The notes under the pieces: generated by a model
What the model saw: the letters and a program-made list of their open reading frames with translations, nothing else
Databases searched by the model: none
Told to the model about the DNA's origin: nothing
Shown here: one piece after another, positions 49,774 through 62,138 of the stretch
Position numbering within the stretch: position 1 is the stretch's first letter
How the letters are laid out: the number at the start of each line of letters is the position of its first letter
Source of the DNA: Thermoanaerobaculia bacterium
GTDB taxonomy: Bacteria > Acidobacteriota > Thermoanaerobaculia > Multivoradales > Multivoraceae
Reading direction: 5' to 3'
NCBI GenBank assembly: GCA_963666565.1
Contig: OY762911.1
Span: 192,001-256,000 of the forward strand
Length of the DNA stretch: 64,000 nucleotides
Translations under genes and position numbers: made by a program

Positions 49774-50442
49774 TCAGGTCTTCTGGACCTGCAGGAACTC
49801 CAGTTCCACCGGCGTCTGCCGGCCGAAGATGGTGACCATCACCTTGAGCGTGCTCCGGTCGAGGTTGATCTCCTCCACCGTGCCCGTGAAGTTGTTGAAG
49901 GGACCGTCCACGATCTTCACCAGCTCGCCCTTCTCGAACAGGTACTTCGGCTTCGGCTTCTCCTTGGCGGTGACCACCTTCTCGATGATCGCGTCGACCT
50001 CGTCCTGGGCGAGTGGCGTCGGCTCGTTGCCGGTGCCGACGAAGCCGGTCACCTTGGGCGTGTTCTTGACCACGTGCCATGCCTTGTCCGAGATCTTCAG
50101 CCGCCCGTCGGCGCGCGGTTCGCACTCGATCTCCACCAGGATGTAGCCGGGGAAGAACTTGCGCTGGGTCTCCCGCTTCTTGCCGCCCTTCAGTTCGACG
50201 ATCGTCTCCGTCGGGATGCGCACCTCGCCGAACGCGCGGCCCATGTCGTGCGCCTCGGCGCGCTGCCGCAGCGTCTCGCGGACCCGCTCCTCGTACCCCG
50301 AGTAGGTGTGGACGATGTACCACTGGCGGCGCGGCCCGGATTCCTCCTCCGCAACGCCAGCCTCTCCGGCGACGCCTTCCGCGGCCTCGACGCCGTCCAC
50401 GGCCTCGACGCTGTCCGCGGCCACTGCTTCGACTTCGCTCAT
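49774..50442 (-). CDS. nusG: Transcription termination/antitermination factor NusG
   Basis: WYIVHTYSGYE, FFPGYILV, KOW DGPF, IFGRQTPVEL. Confidence 0.98.
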   Translation of the reverse strand: MSEVEAVAADSVEAVDGVEAAEGVAGEAGVAEEESGPRRQWYIVHTYSGYEERVRETLRQRAEAHDMGRAFGEVRIPTETIVELKGGKKRETQRKFFPGYILVEIECEPRADGRLKISDKAWHVVKNTPKVTGFVGTGNEPTPLAQDEVDAIIEKVVTAKEKPKPKYLFEKGELVKIVDGPFNNFTGTVEEINLDRSTLKVMVTIFGRQTPVELEFLQVQKT

Positions 50443-50473
50443 CGCGTACTCCCCGCCTCGCTCCGGTCCACGC

Positions 50474-50680
50474 TCACGGCCCGAGGAGAAACTCGTTGAG
50501 ACCGTTGTAGAGCCGGAGGATGACGACGTCGGCGATCCACAGGAAGATGGCGAAGATGACGCTCGTGATCAGCACCACGCCCGTGGTGCCCACGACCTCC
50601 TCCCGCGAAGGGAAGGTCACCTTCTTCATCTCGGTGCGCACTTCGCCCAGGAAGACTCCGAGCCTGCCGATACTCGCCAT
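50474..50680 (-). CDS. secE: Preprotein translocase SecE
   Basis: EVRTEMKKVTFPSREE plus one TM helix. Confidence 0.95.
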   Translation of the reverse strand: MASIGRLGVFLGEVRTEMKKVTFPSREEVVGTTGVVLITSVIFAIFLWIADVVILRLYNGLNEFLLGP

Positions 50681-50782
50681 CTGCGTTTCTCCCGCTCCCC
50701 TTCTCCCGTTTCCCGAATCCGGTCCGCCGTCTCGTCCGGACGCCCCGCCCGTCTTGCCGCCTGCATCGTCCGAAGGAAGGTC

Positions 50783-50858
50783 TGGCAGGCCAGGAGGGTC
50801 TCGAACCCCCAACCTTCGGTTTTGGAGACCGATGCTCTACCAATTGAGCTACTGGCCT
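50783..50858 (-). tRNA. tRNA-Trp (anticodon CCA)
   Basis: AGGCCAGTAGCTCAATTGGTAGAGCA TCGGT-CTCCAAA-ACCGA...GGTTCGAGACC...CCA. Confidence 0.97.
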
Positions 50859-50886
50859 GAATCTCCTGAATCGAGCCCCGGACCGC

Positions 50887-52080
<1,194 letters not shown>

Positions 52081-52149
52081 GACGCTGTTCGCCTCTCCCG
52101 CTCAAGCGGCTCGACTGTCCGTATTGGTGTTCTGCCTCGATCGCCTGTC

Positions 52150-52224
52150 TGGAGCCCACGACCGGATTTGAACCGGTGACCCCTTCCTTACCAAGGAAGT
52201 GCTCTACCCCTGAGCCACGTGGGC
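52150..52224 (-). tRNA. tRNA-Thr (anticodon GGT)
   Basis: GCCCACGTGGCTCAGGGGTAGAGCA CTTCC-TTGGTAA-GGAAG...GGTTCAAATCC...CCA. Confidence 0.97.
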
Positions 52225-52364
52225 AGCCGTCTCAGGTTTCCCCGCCGTCAAGTCTCTTGTGTGTTCCGGGACCCCCGTTTCCGCTCCCCGGGTCGATCCT
52301 CGACACGCAATGCGACCCGCACCTCGGAGTCGGACTCCAGCGGTGCTCCGCGGGGAAGGGGCGG

Positions 52365-52393
52365 AGTCTAGCCGCTTCCGCGCCAGTCGTAAA
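52365..52393 (-). promoter_or_regulatory. Candidate sigma70 promoter for tRNA-Thr-tuf operon
   Basis: TTTACG-17 bp-TAGACT followed by GC-rich discriminator CCGCCCC. Confidence 0.6.
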
Positions 52394-52423
52394 CCCCCCA
52401 AACGGACTACTACGCCCGGCCGC

Positions 52424-53080
52424 CTACTTCGTCCGATGGCGGACGACCTCGCCCTCGACCAGAAAGACGACGTCCTCGGCGATGTTCGTGGCGAGATCCG
52501 CCATCCGCTCGAGGTAGCGGGAGATCGACAGGAACTGGATGCACACGCCCGCCGGCGCCCGCTTCTCCTCGATCATCGCGGCGACCACGCCGTACATCGC
52601 CTCGTGGCAACGGTCGACGACGTCGTCCTCGGCGATCACCGAGCGGGCGAGTTCCGTGTCGCCGCCGACCACCGCGTCGAGAGCGCGGCGCAGCATCTTC
52701 GGGATGCGCTCGGCCATGGCCCAGATCTCGTCCGGCGCGTCCACAGGTTCGGCCACCGCCAGGCTCTCGGCGCGCTCCGCCAGGTTGTGGGCCAGGTCGC
52801 CGGCCCGCTCCAGGTCGTTGTTCACCTTCAGGAACGTGACGACCTGCCTCAGATCGGCGGCCACCGGCGAGTGCAGCGCCAGGATCTTGAGGCACTCCTC
52901 CTCGACCTCGATCTCGCGCGCGTCGATCTCCCGATCCTGGCGCCGAACTTCGTGAGCCAGGTCGACGCTGCGCTCCCTGAGCGCCTGGAGCGACTTCGCG
53001 ATCATGTCCTCGACCATCGACGCGACGGCAAGAACCGCGCGCGTCACTTCGTCGAGATCGCGTTGCAGGTGAATCCGCAA
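52424..53080 (-). CDS. phoU: Phosphate signalling protein PhoU
   Basis: SPVAADLR, DLERAGD, YLERMADLATNIAEDVVFLVEG. Confidence 0.96.
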   Translation of the reverse strand: MRIHLQRDLDEVTRAVLAVASMVEDMIAKSLQALRERSVDLAHEVRRQDREIDAREIEVEEECLKILALHSPVAADLRQVVTFLKVNNDLERAGDLAHNLAERAESLAVAEPVDAPDEIWAMAERIPKMLRRALDAVVGGDTELARSVIAEDDVVDRCHEAMYGVVAAMIEEKRAPAGVCIQFLSISRYLERMADLATNIAEDVVFLVEGEVVRHRTK

Positions 53081-53136
53081 GAGAAGATCCTAGCGGCTGC
53101 CGAGCGGCGGCGCGACCGGGAATCTCGCCCAGCAGC

Positions 53137-53153
53137 ATGAAGAGAACGTGAAG
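53137..53153 (-). promoter_or_regulatory. Candidate PHO box upstream of phoU
   Basis: CTTCAC-GTTCT-CTTCAT, 11-bp period. Confidence 0.6.
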
Positions 53154-53158
53154 CAGGA

Positions 53159-54580
53159 TCAGAACCGCCGCCGCGCCGCGCTCCGCGCCGCGGCGTCGCG
53201 CGCCGCCGGCAGCCAGAAGCGGAACGTCGAGCCGCGGCCCCGTTCGCTCTCCACCTCGACGCCGCCGCCGTGCCGCTGGACGACGTTCTTGACGATGGAG
53301 AGCCCGAGCCCGGTGCCGCCCAGCTCCCGCGAGCGGCCCCGGTCGACGCGATAGAAGCGCTCGAAGATCCGGTCCAGGTGTTCGGCGGCGATTCCCGGCC
53401 CCTCGTCCTCGACCTCGAGGACCGCCCGCCCGTTCTCCGCCTGCAGGCGAACCAGGACCTGCCCGCCCGCCGCCGAGTACTTGACCGCGTTGTCGACCAG
53501 GTTGGACAGCGCCTGCCGGAGCGCTTCCTCCTCGCCCTGGACGTTGACCGGCGCCTCGGGACACTCGGCCACCAGTTCGAGCCCCCGCGCCTCGCCCGAG
53601 GGCCGGAGCAGACCCAGCACCTCGTCCACCTGCTCCCGCAGGTCGACGAGGTTCTCCGGCCGTTCCGCCGAGGACTCGATCCGCGACAGGGTCAGCAGGT
53701 CGGAGACCAGGGCGCCGAGGCGGCTGCTCTGCTTGCGGATCTTGCGGAGGAAGCGGCGCCGGGTGCCGGCGTCCATCTCCCCCGGCTCGAGCAGGGTCTC
53801 GACGTAGCCGTGGATCGCCGTGAGCGGCGTCTTCAGTTCGTGCGAGACGTTCGACACGAAATCGCGGCGCATTCCCTCCAGCCTCTCCAGCTCGGAGGTT
53901 TCGTGGATCACCGCGACCGCGCCCTCGACCAGCTCGCCGCCATCGCTCGCCGCGAGCAGGGGCGACGCGTTCAGATCGAACCTCCGCTGGTCGGCATCCG
54001 GCCCGGCGGCGCCCCCGAACCCGAAGGAGCGGCTCACGCGGCGGCGCTTCTCCATCGCCTCGATCAGCGCGCCGGACAGTTCGGGCTGGCGCGACAGCTC
54101 GTAGACGGGACGGCCGACCGCCGACTCCGGCGCCGATCGCCCGAACCACTCCGCGGCGACAGCGTTCAGGTGCAGCACCTGCCGGTCGAGGTCGACCGCC
54201 ACCACTCCCTCCACCATGCCGCCGAGCACCGCGGTCAACTGGTTGCGGTCGGCTCTTAGCTGCTCGAGCTGTTGGGCGAATCGCGTCCGGCCCGCATCGA
54301 GACGCGCCTCCAGCCGCGCCAGTTCGTCCCCGCGGCCCGAGTCGCGTTCGGCCCCGGCCGGTTCGGCCCCGACCAGTCCGGCCGCCTTGTCCGCCAATCG
54401 CCCGGCGCGTTCCGCCATCCGGCGCGAGCCGATCCAGACAGCGGCAACCGCGGCGACGACCGGGATTGCCGCCGCCGCGGCGCCAAGCCGGCCCGAGGCC
54501 ACGACGCCGCCGAGCAGGAGCCCCGCCGCGAGCAGGCCGGCCCCGCCAAGAGCGAGTCTCCAGAAGAGGGGTGAGCGCAT
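53159..54580 (-). CDS. phoR: Phosphate regulon sensor kinase PhoR
   Basis: Two TM, HAMP-like, PAS, RRDFVSNVSHELKTPLT, FERFYRVD..RSRELGGTGLGLSIVK. Confidence 0.9.
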   Translation of the reverse strand: MRSPLFWRLALGGAGLLAAGLLLGGVVASGRLGAAAAAIPVVAAVAAVWIGSRRMAERAGRLADKAAGLVGAEPAGAERDSGRGDELARLEARLDAGRTRFAQQLEQLRADRNQLTAVLGGMVEGVVAVDLDRQVLHLNAVAAEWFGRSAPESAVGRPVYELSRQPELSGALIEAMEKRRRVSRSFGFGGAAGPDADQRRFDLNASPLLAASDGGELVEGAVAVIHETSELERLEGMRRDFVSNVSHELKTPLTAIHGYVETLLEPGEMDAGTRRRFLRKIRKQSSRLGALVSDLLTLSRIESSAERPENLVDLREQVDEVLGLLRPSGEARGLELVAECPEAPVNVQGEEEALRQALSNLVDNAVKYSAAGGQVLVRLQAENGRAVLEVEDEGPGIAAEHLDRIFERFYRVDRGRSRELGGTGLGLSIVKNVVQRHGGGVEVESERGRGSTFRFWLPAARDAAARSAARRRF

Positions 54581-55290
54581 CACGGCGCAAGCTCCCGGTC
54601 TCCGTCCTCCTCGAAACGGTATCCGATCCCGCGCACCGTCTCGATCAGGTCGCGGTGCGTCCCGAGCTTCTTCCGCACCGCCCGGACGTGGACGTCGATG
54701 TTCCGGTCGATGACCACCGCGCGGTCGCCGATCGCCCGGTCCACCAGTTGGCCGCGGGTGAACACGCGGCCCGGATGCGAGGCCAGGAAGTGCAGCAGGC
54801 GGAACTCGGTGGGCGTGAACTCCAGGCGACGGCCCTCCACCTCGATCCGGTGCTTCACCGGGTTGATCGCGAGCGGGCCCCGGACGATCTTCCGCTCCGG
54901 ATTGCGCTCCTGCATGCGGCCTCGCCGCAGGACCGCCCGTATGCGCGCGATCAGCTCCCTGGGGCTGAACGGCTTGTGGATGTAGTCGTCCGCGCCGACG
55001 CCGAGACCGAGCACCACGTCGCTCTCTTCGCCTCGGGCGGTCACCATGATGACGGGCAGGTCGCGCGTCGAGTCGACCGACCGCAGGCGGCGGCAGACGT
55101 CCAGGCCGTCCAGGCCGGGCAGCAGCAGATCCAGGAGCACGACGTCCGGCCGCTCGCGCCCGATCACGGACAGGCCGCTTCGACCGCTGGTCGCCGTCGC
55201 CACCTCGAAGCCCTCGCGCCGGAGGTTGTACTCGATCAGCTCGAGGATGTCCGGCTCGTCCTCGATGACGACGACCTTCGTGGCGCTCAT
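54580..55290 (-). CDS. phoB: PhoB-family response regulator
   Basis: Receiver (EDE, D-LLLPG, KPFSPREL) plus OmpR wHTH (DVHV..VRKKL, ETVRGIGYRF); next to phoR/phoU. Confidence 0.88.
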   Translation of the reverse strand: MSATKVVVIEDEPDILELIEYNLRREGFEVATATSGRSGLSVIGRERPDVVLLDLLLPGLDGLDVCRRLRSVDSTRDLPVIMVTARGEESDVVLGLGVGADDYIHKPFSPRELIARIRAVLRRGRMQERNPERKIVRGPLAINPVKHRIEVEGRRLEFTPTEFRLLHFLASHPGRVFTRGQLVDRAIGDRAVVIDRNIDVHVRAVRKKLGTHRDLIETVRGIGYRFEEDGDRELAP

Positions 55291-55350
55291 GGCTCGTCCG
55301 GAACTCCCTGCACGTCAGCCCGAGCGTAGCGCGGCAGAAGGTCCAGGACC

Positions 55351-55414
55351 CGGGTGGCGCGGTCCGCGCCACCCGTGAACCAGTCCGTGCGCCCGTCATC
55401 GGGCACAAGGATGG
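55351..55414. repeat. REP-like palindrome family B, copy 3
   Basis: CGGGTGGCGCGG-T-CCGCGCCACCCG then TGAACCAGTCCG...TCGGGCACAAGGATGG. Confidence 0.75.
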
Positions 55415-55466
55415 CAGCCGGCGCTCCCGCTTGCGGCCCGGCCGCCGACGTCGCGGGCCGGACCTT

Positions 55467-55483
55467 CTTCATGTTCCCTTCAC
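55467..55483 (+). promoter_or_regulatory. Candidate PHO box upstream of phosphate porin
   Basis: CTTCAT-GTTCC-CTTCAC, 11-bp period. Confidence 0.6.
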
Positions 55484-55540
55484 GCTTTCCTCGGAAGGTA
55501 CCGTGCATCGCCGCACCGCCATGAACTCCCAGGAGTGCAG

Positions 55541-56695
55541 ATGTCCCGTTCTCTGGCTCTTGCCGCGCTGACCCTGGCGAGCGCGTCCGCACCCGTACAA
55601 GCCGGCGACGACAGCGTCGAGGTTTCCGCCGGCGGACGAATCCAGGTCGAGGCCAGCGCGTCCTTTCCCGACCCGGCTCTGGAAGAGCGGTTCGAGTTCG
55701 AGGACGGCGTCGACTGGCGCCGCGCCCGCCTCGTGCTGAACGGCGAGCTCCTCGACCGGTTCACGTTCAAGATCGAGCACGACATCGCGAGCGGCGACAT
55801 CGTGCCCACGGACGTCTTCATCGAGGCCACGCCCAACGACGGCGCGGCCACGTTCCGCGCGGGCCACTTCAAGGAGCCGTTCAGCCTCTCGATCCAGCAG
55901 TCGTCGAACTCCCACTCCTTCATCGCGCGTCCGGCCGCGGTCACCGCCCTGGCGCCCGGCCGCAACCTCGGCTTCATGGTCCACGACCGGCTTCCCGGCG
56001 ACCGCGTCGCCTGGGCGGCCGGCGCCTTCCGCGACAGCGACGGCTACGACATGCGCCCCGGCTCGGACTGGAGCCTGACCGGCCGCCTCACCGGCCTCGC
56101 CCTGGACGGAGACGAGGGAAGCGAACCCCTGCTCCATCTCGGCGTGACCCTCTCGCACCGCCAGCCCACCGCGGACGCCGTCCGTCTGCGCGGCCGTGCC
56201 GGCGTACGGCTCGCGCCGCGTACGGTCGACACCGGATGGCTGCCGGCCGACGGCATGCGGCTGGTCGGCGCCGAGCTGGCGTTCGCCCGGAATTCGTTCT
56301 GGCTGCAGGGAGAGGCGCTGTCCGCCCAGGTGGACTTGCTGCCTGCCGGTTCCCCGGACGGCCGGAGCGCCCGGTTCGACGCCGGGTACGTCGAGGCGGG
56401 CTGGTTTCTCACCGGAGAGAGGAAGCCCTACAGCCGCGGTTCCCGCACCTTCAACCGGTTGAAGCCGAAGGCGCCCGCGCCCGAAGGCAGGGGCGCCTGG
56501 GAACTCGCCGCGCGCTGGGACCGCATCGATCTGACCGACGGCGCCGTTCCAGGCGGCGGCCAGCGGAGTCTCTCCGTGGCCCTCAACTGGTATCTCCGAG
56601 GCAACGTGCGCGTGCTCGCGAACTACGTGTCGACCGACCCGGACGGCGCCGGATCGGTAGAACACGCCGGCCTGCTCCTGCACTACGACTTCTGA
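55541..56695 (+). CDS. Phosphate-selective porin OprO/OprP family
   Basis: Signal peptide, WRRARL, GHFKEPFSL, FLTGE, GAWELAAR, LNWY, terminal F. Confidence 0.9.
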   Translation: MSRSLALAALTLASASAPVQAGDDSVEVSAGGRIQVEASASFPDPALEERFEFEDGVDWRRARLVLNGELLDRFTFKIEHDIASGDIVPTDVFIEATPNDGAATFRAGHFKEPFSLSIQQSSNSHSFIARPAAVTALAPGRNLGFMVHDRLPGDRVAWAAGAFRDSDGYDMRPGSDWSLTGRLTGLALDGDEGSEPLLHLGVTLSHRQPTADAVRLRGRAGVRLAPRTVDTGWLPADGMRLVGAELAFARNSFWLQGEALSAQVDLLPAGSPDGRSARFDAGYVEAGWFLTGERKPYSRGSRTFNRLKPKAPAPEGRGAWELAARWDRIDLTDGAVPGGGQRSLSVALNWYLRGNVRVLANYVSTDPDGAGSVEHAGLLLHYDF

Positions 56696-56838
56696 AAAGA
56701 CCCGCGTCGCCAGCGCGTCAGGAGGTTCGGAAGCCGACGCTTCGCGCCGGATGCCGCCCCGGGGACGCCGGCGCACCCGGTTCCGCGGCGCAAGCTCCCG
56801 GCTCCAGCAGCGTTGACGCGGAATCCTCCTCCGGCGAC

Positions 56839-58797
<1,959 letters not shown>

Positions 58798-58910
58798 GCA
58801 GGGATCATCCAGGGTCGAGTTGCAAGTCCGCCGCGAACCGGCGAAGGGCGCGGACGCGGGAGTCGGCGAAAGCCCGTGAGACTACCGCGACCGCCCACGA
58901 CGCGGCGGCA

Positions 58911-59015
58911 TCAGATAACGCCGAGCCGGACGAGGGCGACCAGGAAGCCCAGCATCGTGGAGAAGACCAGCAACAGCAGCCGGTTCTCCCGCCGGAACGC
59001 CGCGAACTGCGTCCG
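58911..59015 (-). pseudogene. 3' fragment of a small membrane-anchored protein
   Basis: RTQFAAFRRENRLLLLVFSTMLGFLVALVRLGVI*; no convincing start before it runs into antisense mcrC. Confidence 0.45.
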
Positions 59016-59868
59016 CCGCCTGCTCGACCGCGGGCTGATCGCCTGCCGCTTCGACGAACTCACGATGGATACGCCGCGCAACCGCTTCGTCCTCGCGGCC
59101 CTGGACTCCGTCGCCCGCCGCGTTCAAGGCCCGGAACTCGCGCACAGGTGTCGTGAGGTCGGGAACCGTCTGCGGCGACTGGGGGTGTCGACAGCGCCGC
59201 CGAATGCCCGGCAACTTCGCTCGGACCGGCTCGGACGCCATGACGTTCCCGACCGATTCATGTTGGCCGCCGCGAAGTTGGCGATCGATCTCGCCCTGCC
59301 AGCCGAGCACGCGGGCGTCCACGCGCTACCGCAGCCGCAGCGGGAGGAACGCTGGGTGCGCCGCCTCTTCGAAAAGGCCATCGGCGGTTTCTACCGGGTC
59401 GTCCTAGCGCCGCAGAACTGGGGAGTTCAGACCGGCCGTTGGCTGAACTGGCAATGCGAGGAGGCTACGCCGGGTATCGAGCGCATTCTGCCGAGGATGC
59501 AGACGGACATCGTTCTCGACCGACCGTCACCCGAAGCCCGCATCGTGATCGACACCAAGTTCACCTCGATCACGACAGAAGGGTACATGAGGGACGAGAC
59601 CCTCAAGCGCGATCACCTCTTTCAGATCTACGCCTACCTCCGCTCCCAGGTCGGCCGTGGACGCGACCTGGACGACCGAGCCGAAGGCCTGCTCCTCTAT
59701 CCAAGCGTCGGCGCCGACCTCGACGAGAGTGTCCACATCCAAGACCACCGAATCCGCTTCGCCACCGTCGATCTCACCGCCTCGCCCATGGAGATCCGGC
59801 GCCGGTTGCTCTCGGTGACTCAGCCGCCAACTCGGGCACCGTCTGTTCGCTCCACCGAGAATCTCTGA
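59014..59868 (+). pseudogene. mcrC: 5'-truncated McrC (5-methylcytosine restriction subunit), no mcrB
   Basis: CRFDELTMDTPRNR, LFEKAIGGFY, MQTDIVL..IVIDTKF, LFQIYAYL, LLYP; N-terminal region absent. Confidence 0.8.
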
Positions 59869-59943
59869 CCGGCCAAGGCAAACTGACGAAGCTCCGCGGC
59901 ACGAGCGTCCACTTCGAACGTCGTCAGGATCGGCCTGCCCGCC

Positions 59944-60092
59944 GAGGCACCGGAGTCCCGGCGCGCAGGCGGAACTGGTGCTCGACGAAGAACTCCTCCC
60001 GGAACGCGACGAGGCCGAAGTGCCCCTGGCTCCGCCCGCCGAGGACAGGGCGTCTACCTCGGCCTCGCGTTCGTGCAGGCAGCGGGCGCGGT
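59944..60092 (-). pseudogene. Decayed, frameshifted copy of part of the ceramidase-like gene (60827-60976)
   Basis: Shared blocks CTGGTGCTCGACGAAGAACTC and ACCTCGGCCTCGCGTTCG; 1-nt deletion. Confidence 0.8.
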
Positions 60093-60099
60093 CGCCGAT

Positions 60100-60336
60100 T
60101 CAGGACGCCCGGGCAGTTGGCCGCTTGCGCTCCCGGTCGTGCTTTCGCGGTTCAACGCCGTCCTCCCGGCACATCTCCAGAAAAACGGCAAGCGACGTCG
60201 ACGCCTCGTCGTGGAGATGCGCCATGTCCGCGGCATAGAAGTCCGCGCCGCCATTCAGACCGACGAACTCGCCACGGTACATCCGAAGTTCGGAGTCGTA
60301 GCGAACGACGGCCCGGTAACCCTCGACCTCGATCAT
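60100..60336 (-). CDS. hicB: HicB-family antitoxin, short (no C-terminal DNA-binding domain)
   Basis: GYRAVVRYD...RGEFVGLNGGADFYA...SLAVFLEMCREDGVEPRK; ATGA overlap with hicA. Confidence 0.85.
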   Translation of the reverse strand: MIEVEGYRAVVRYDSELRMYRGEFVGLNGGADFYAADMAHLHDEASTSLAVFLEMCREDGVEPRKHDRERKRPTARAS

Positions 60337-60596
60337 GCTCGTCCTGGTTCCACTCCATTCGCCTTGAGCCACCGCCGGATACTGCTCACGGCGCCCTTGT
60401 CCGTCGCCGGACCGGGGTGCGGTCGGTGAAAGACCCGCCGTTCGCCGAAGAGCCTGACACCGACCCGCGAGCCTCGGCGCTCGCTGATCTCCGCTCCCAA
60501 CCCGACGAAGAGTGCCTCGATGTCACGTCACGGTATGTTAGCGCTTGTCGGTCGGCTGAAGATCAGCGCGAGGGTTCTGCGGTGGCGGCGCTTCAT
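60333..60596 (-). pseudogene. hicA: HicA-family toxin with in-frame TGA at codon 23
   Basis: MKRRHRRTLALIFSRPTSANIP*RDIEALFVGLGAEISERRGSRV...VFHRPHP..TDKGAV..IRRWL. Confidence 0.9.
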
Positions 60597-60638
60597 CGCG
60601 GCGACGATACAGCCCGGATCGCGCCGCATTCCACCGCT

Positions 60639-62138
60639 TCACGGCGGCGCGTCGTGCAGCCAGCCGGCCTGTTCGAGGATCGAGATCGCGGCCAGGTCGA
60701 CCAGCTTCTCGCCGGCGCCGACTTCGACGATCGTCGCCTCCCGGCCGCCGTAGCCGCCCTGGGCGGCGGCGGCGATGGTCGGGAAGTAGGCGAGTTCGCC
60801 GTTCGTGTAGCCGGCGAAGAAGACGTGAGGCACCTGAGCCTCGGCGCGCAGACGCAGCTGGTGCTCGACGAAGAACTCGCCCGGGAAGGTGGCGAGGGCG
60901 AACTGGCCCGCGCCGCGCTCGCCGAGGACCAGCGTGTTCACCTCGGCCTCGCGTTCGCGGGGGAAGCGCGCGCGGTAACGCTCGAGCGACGCCTCCAGAC
61001 CGTGGCGCCGGAAGCCCTCCTCGACGACCGGGGAGTCCAGGTCCCAGCGCGGATCGAGCGTCACCAGGTGGCGCTTCACGGACAGGGTCGCCGGATCGTG
61101 AAACGCCTCCGCCGCCGCCAGGTCGGCCCGGACGCGGAGCACCTCCTGGCCCAGCCGCTCTCCCGCCATGCGGACCTGCTCGAAGCCGCCCTCCGCGGGC
61201 GGCGTCTTGTCCCAGAAGGGGTTGATGTCGCCGGCGGCGCCCTGGAGGAGCATCGGCACACCGCCACCGCGCTCGGCGACCAGAGCCGCCATCGCCCCCG
61301 GATAGTCGGCGGAGACGAGCATGTTCTCGGGACCCAGGATGACCGGGTGAACGGCGAAGTTGACCACCGTGGCGATCGCCTCGCCGTCCGCGCCGTCGAC
61401 CGCCAGCACGCCGACCGACTCGTCGAGCGGCGCGGTCGGCAGCCGGCCGCGGTTGCGCCAGAACATCTCGACGCTGCCGTCGGCAAGCACGCGGCGCCGG
61501 TTGTGCCCCTCGCTGGCGCGGCCCCAGCCCACGGCTACACGCGCCGGGCGGAGCGCTGCGTGCGCCTCCAGAACGACACCGGCGATCTTCCGCTCCACTT
61601 CCTCCACCCACGGACTCCCGGCGCTCGGGAAGTCCGTCTCGAACAGCGGCGCGGAGTGCGTGTGGGAAGCGTTCAGCAGAACGTGGTCGAAGCCGGCCGC
61701 GTCGAGGACCGCCTGCCGTATCGGGACGGTGTTCTCCTTGCGGATGGAGCCGAGGTCGAGCGTGACCAGTGCCGCCGTCTCGCCGCCGGCCTCGAGCACC
61801 AGGGCTCGCGCATGGAGCGGGTCGTGAACTCCCTCGGAGCGGTTCGTTCCGCGGGCGCCGTAACCGTAGAGCAGCGAGCCGGCCGGCGGCGTGATCTCGA
61901 CCGCGGCGGCGCCGGCCTGAAGCTGGGCGGTCATTGGCGGCGGACTCGCGCAGCCGAGGCCGAGAACAGCCAATGCCGCCCAGCCCGTGCGGCCCAGTCC
62001 CGCATGGAGCCGGTTCGTGCTCGCTGCTTCGCAGCATCGCGCTCGATGCGGGTCGGAAGACCCGCGCACCGACAGGGCGGCCGGTTCCCTGCGCGGCAGC
62101 GCAGCATCGCGGCTGCGAACGCTGCTAGTTCTCGCCAC
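60639..62138 (-). CDS. Neutral/alkaline ceramidase N-terminal-domain family lipoprotein (start uncertain)
   Basis: LGLGC lipobox, GVHDPLHARALVL, ASHTHSAP, NFAVHP, VSADYPG, QGAAGDINP, FPGEFF. Confidence 0.8.
   Translation of the reverse strand: MARTSSVRSRDAALPRREPAALSVRGSSDPHRARCCEAASTNRLHAGLGRTGWAALAVLGLGCASPPPMTAQLQAGAAAVEITPPAGSLLYGYGARGTNRSEGVHDPLHARALVLEAGGETAALVTLDLGSIRKENTVPIRQAVLDAAGFDHVLLNASHTHSAPLFETDFPSAGSPWVEEVERKIAGVVLEAHAALRPARVAVGWGRASEGHNRRRVLADGSVEMFWRNRGRLPTAPLDESVGVLAVDGADGEAIATVVNFAVHPVILGPENMLVSADYPGAMAALVAERGGGVPMLLQGAAGDINPFWDKTPPAEGGFEQVRMAGERLGQEVLRVRADLAAAEAFHDPATLSVKRHLVTLDPRWDLDSPVVEEGFRRHGLEASLERYRARFPREREAEVNTLVLGERGAGQFALATFPGEFFVEHQLRLRAEAQVPHVFFAGYTNGELAYFPTIAAAAQGGYGGREATIVEVGAGEKLVDLAAISILEQAGWLHDAPP
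62048..62070 (-). repeat. REP family A core
   Basis: Reverse complement GGTGCGCGGGTCTTCCGACCCGC identical to 16438-16460 region core. Confidence 0.75.

Noticed and set aside
50345-50440. Degenerate 18-bp repeats in the nusG 5' end (VEAVDG/VEAAEG)
   Set aside because: Ordinary low-complexity acidic N-terminal extension.
52225-52364. Possible remnants of tRNA-Tyr/Gly normally found upstream of tRNA-Thr-tuf
   Set aside because: No T-loop or cloverleaf recognisable; treated as a plain leader.
60528-60530. TGA in hicA as Trp/Sec recoding
   Set aside because: TGA is a normal stop for many genes here, tRNA-Trp has anticodon CCA, and the aligned residue is Trp rather than Cys; a nonsense mutation is simpler.
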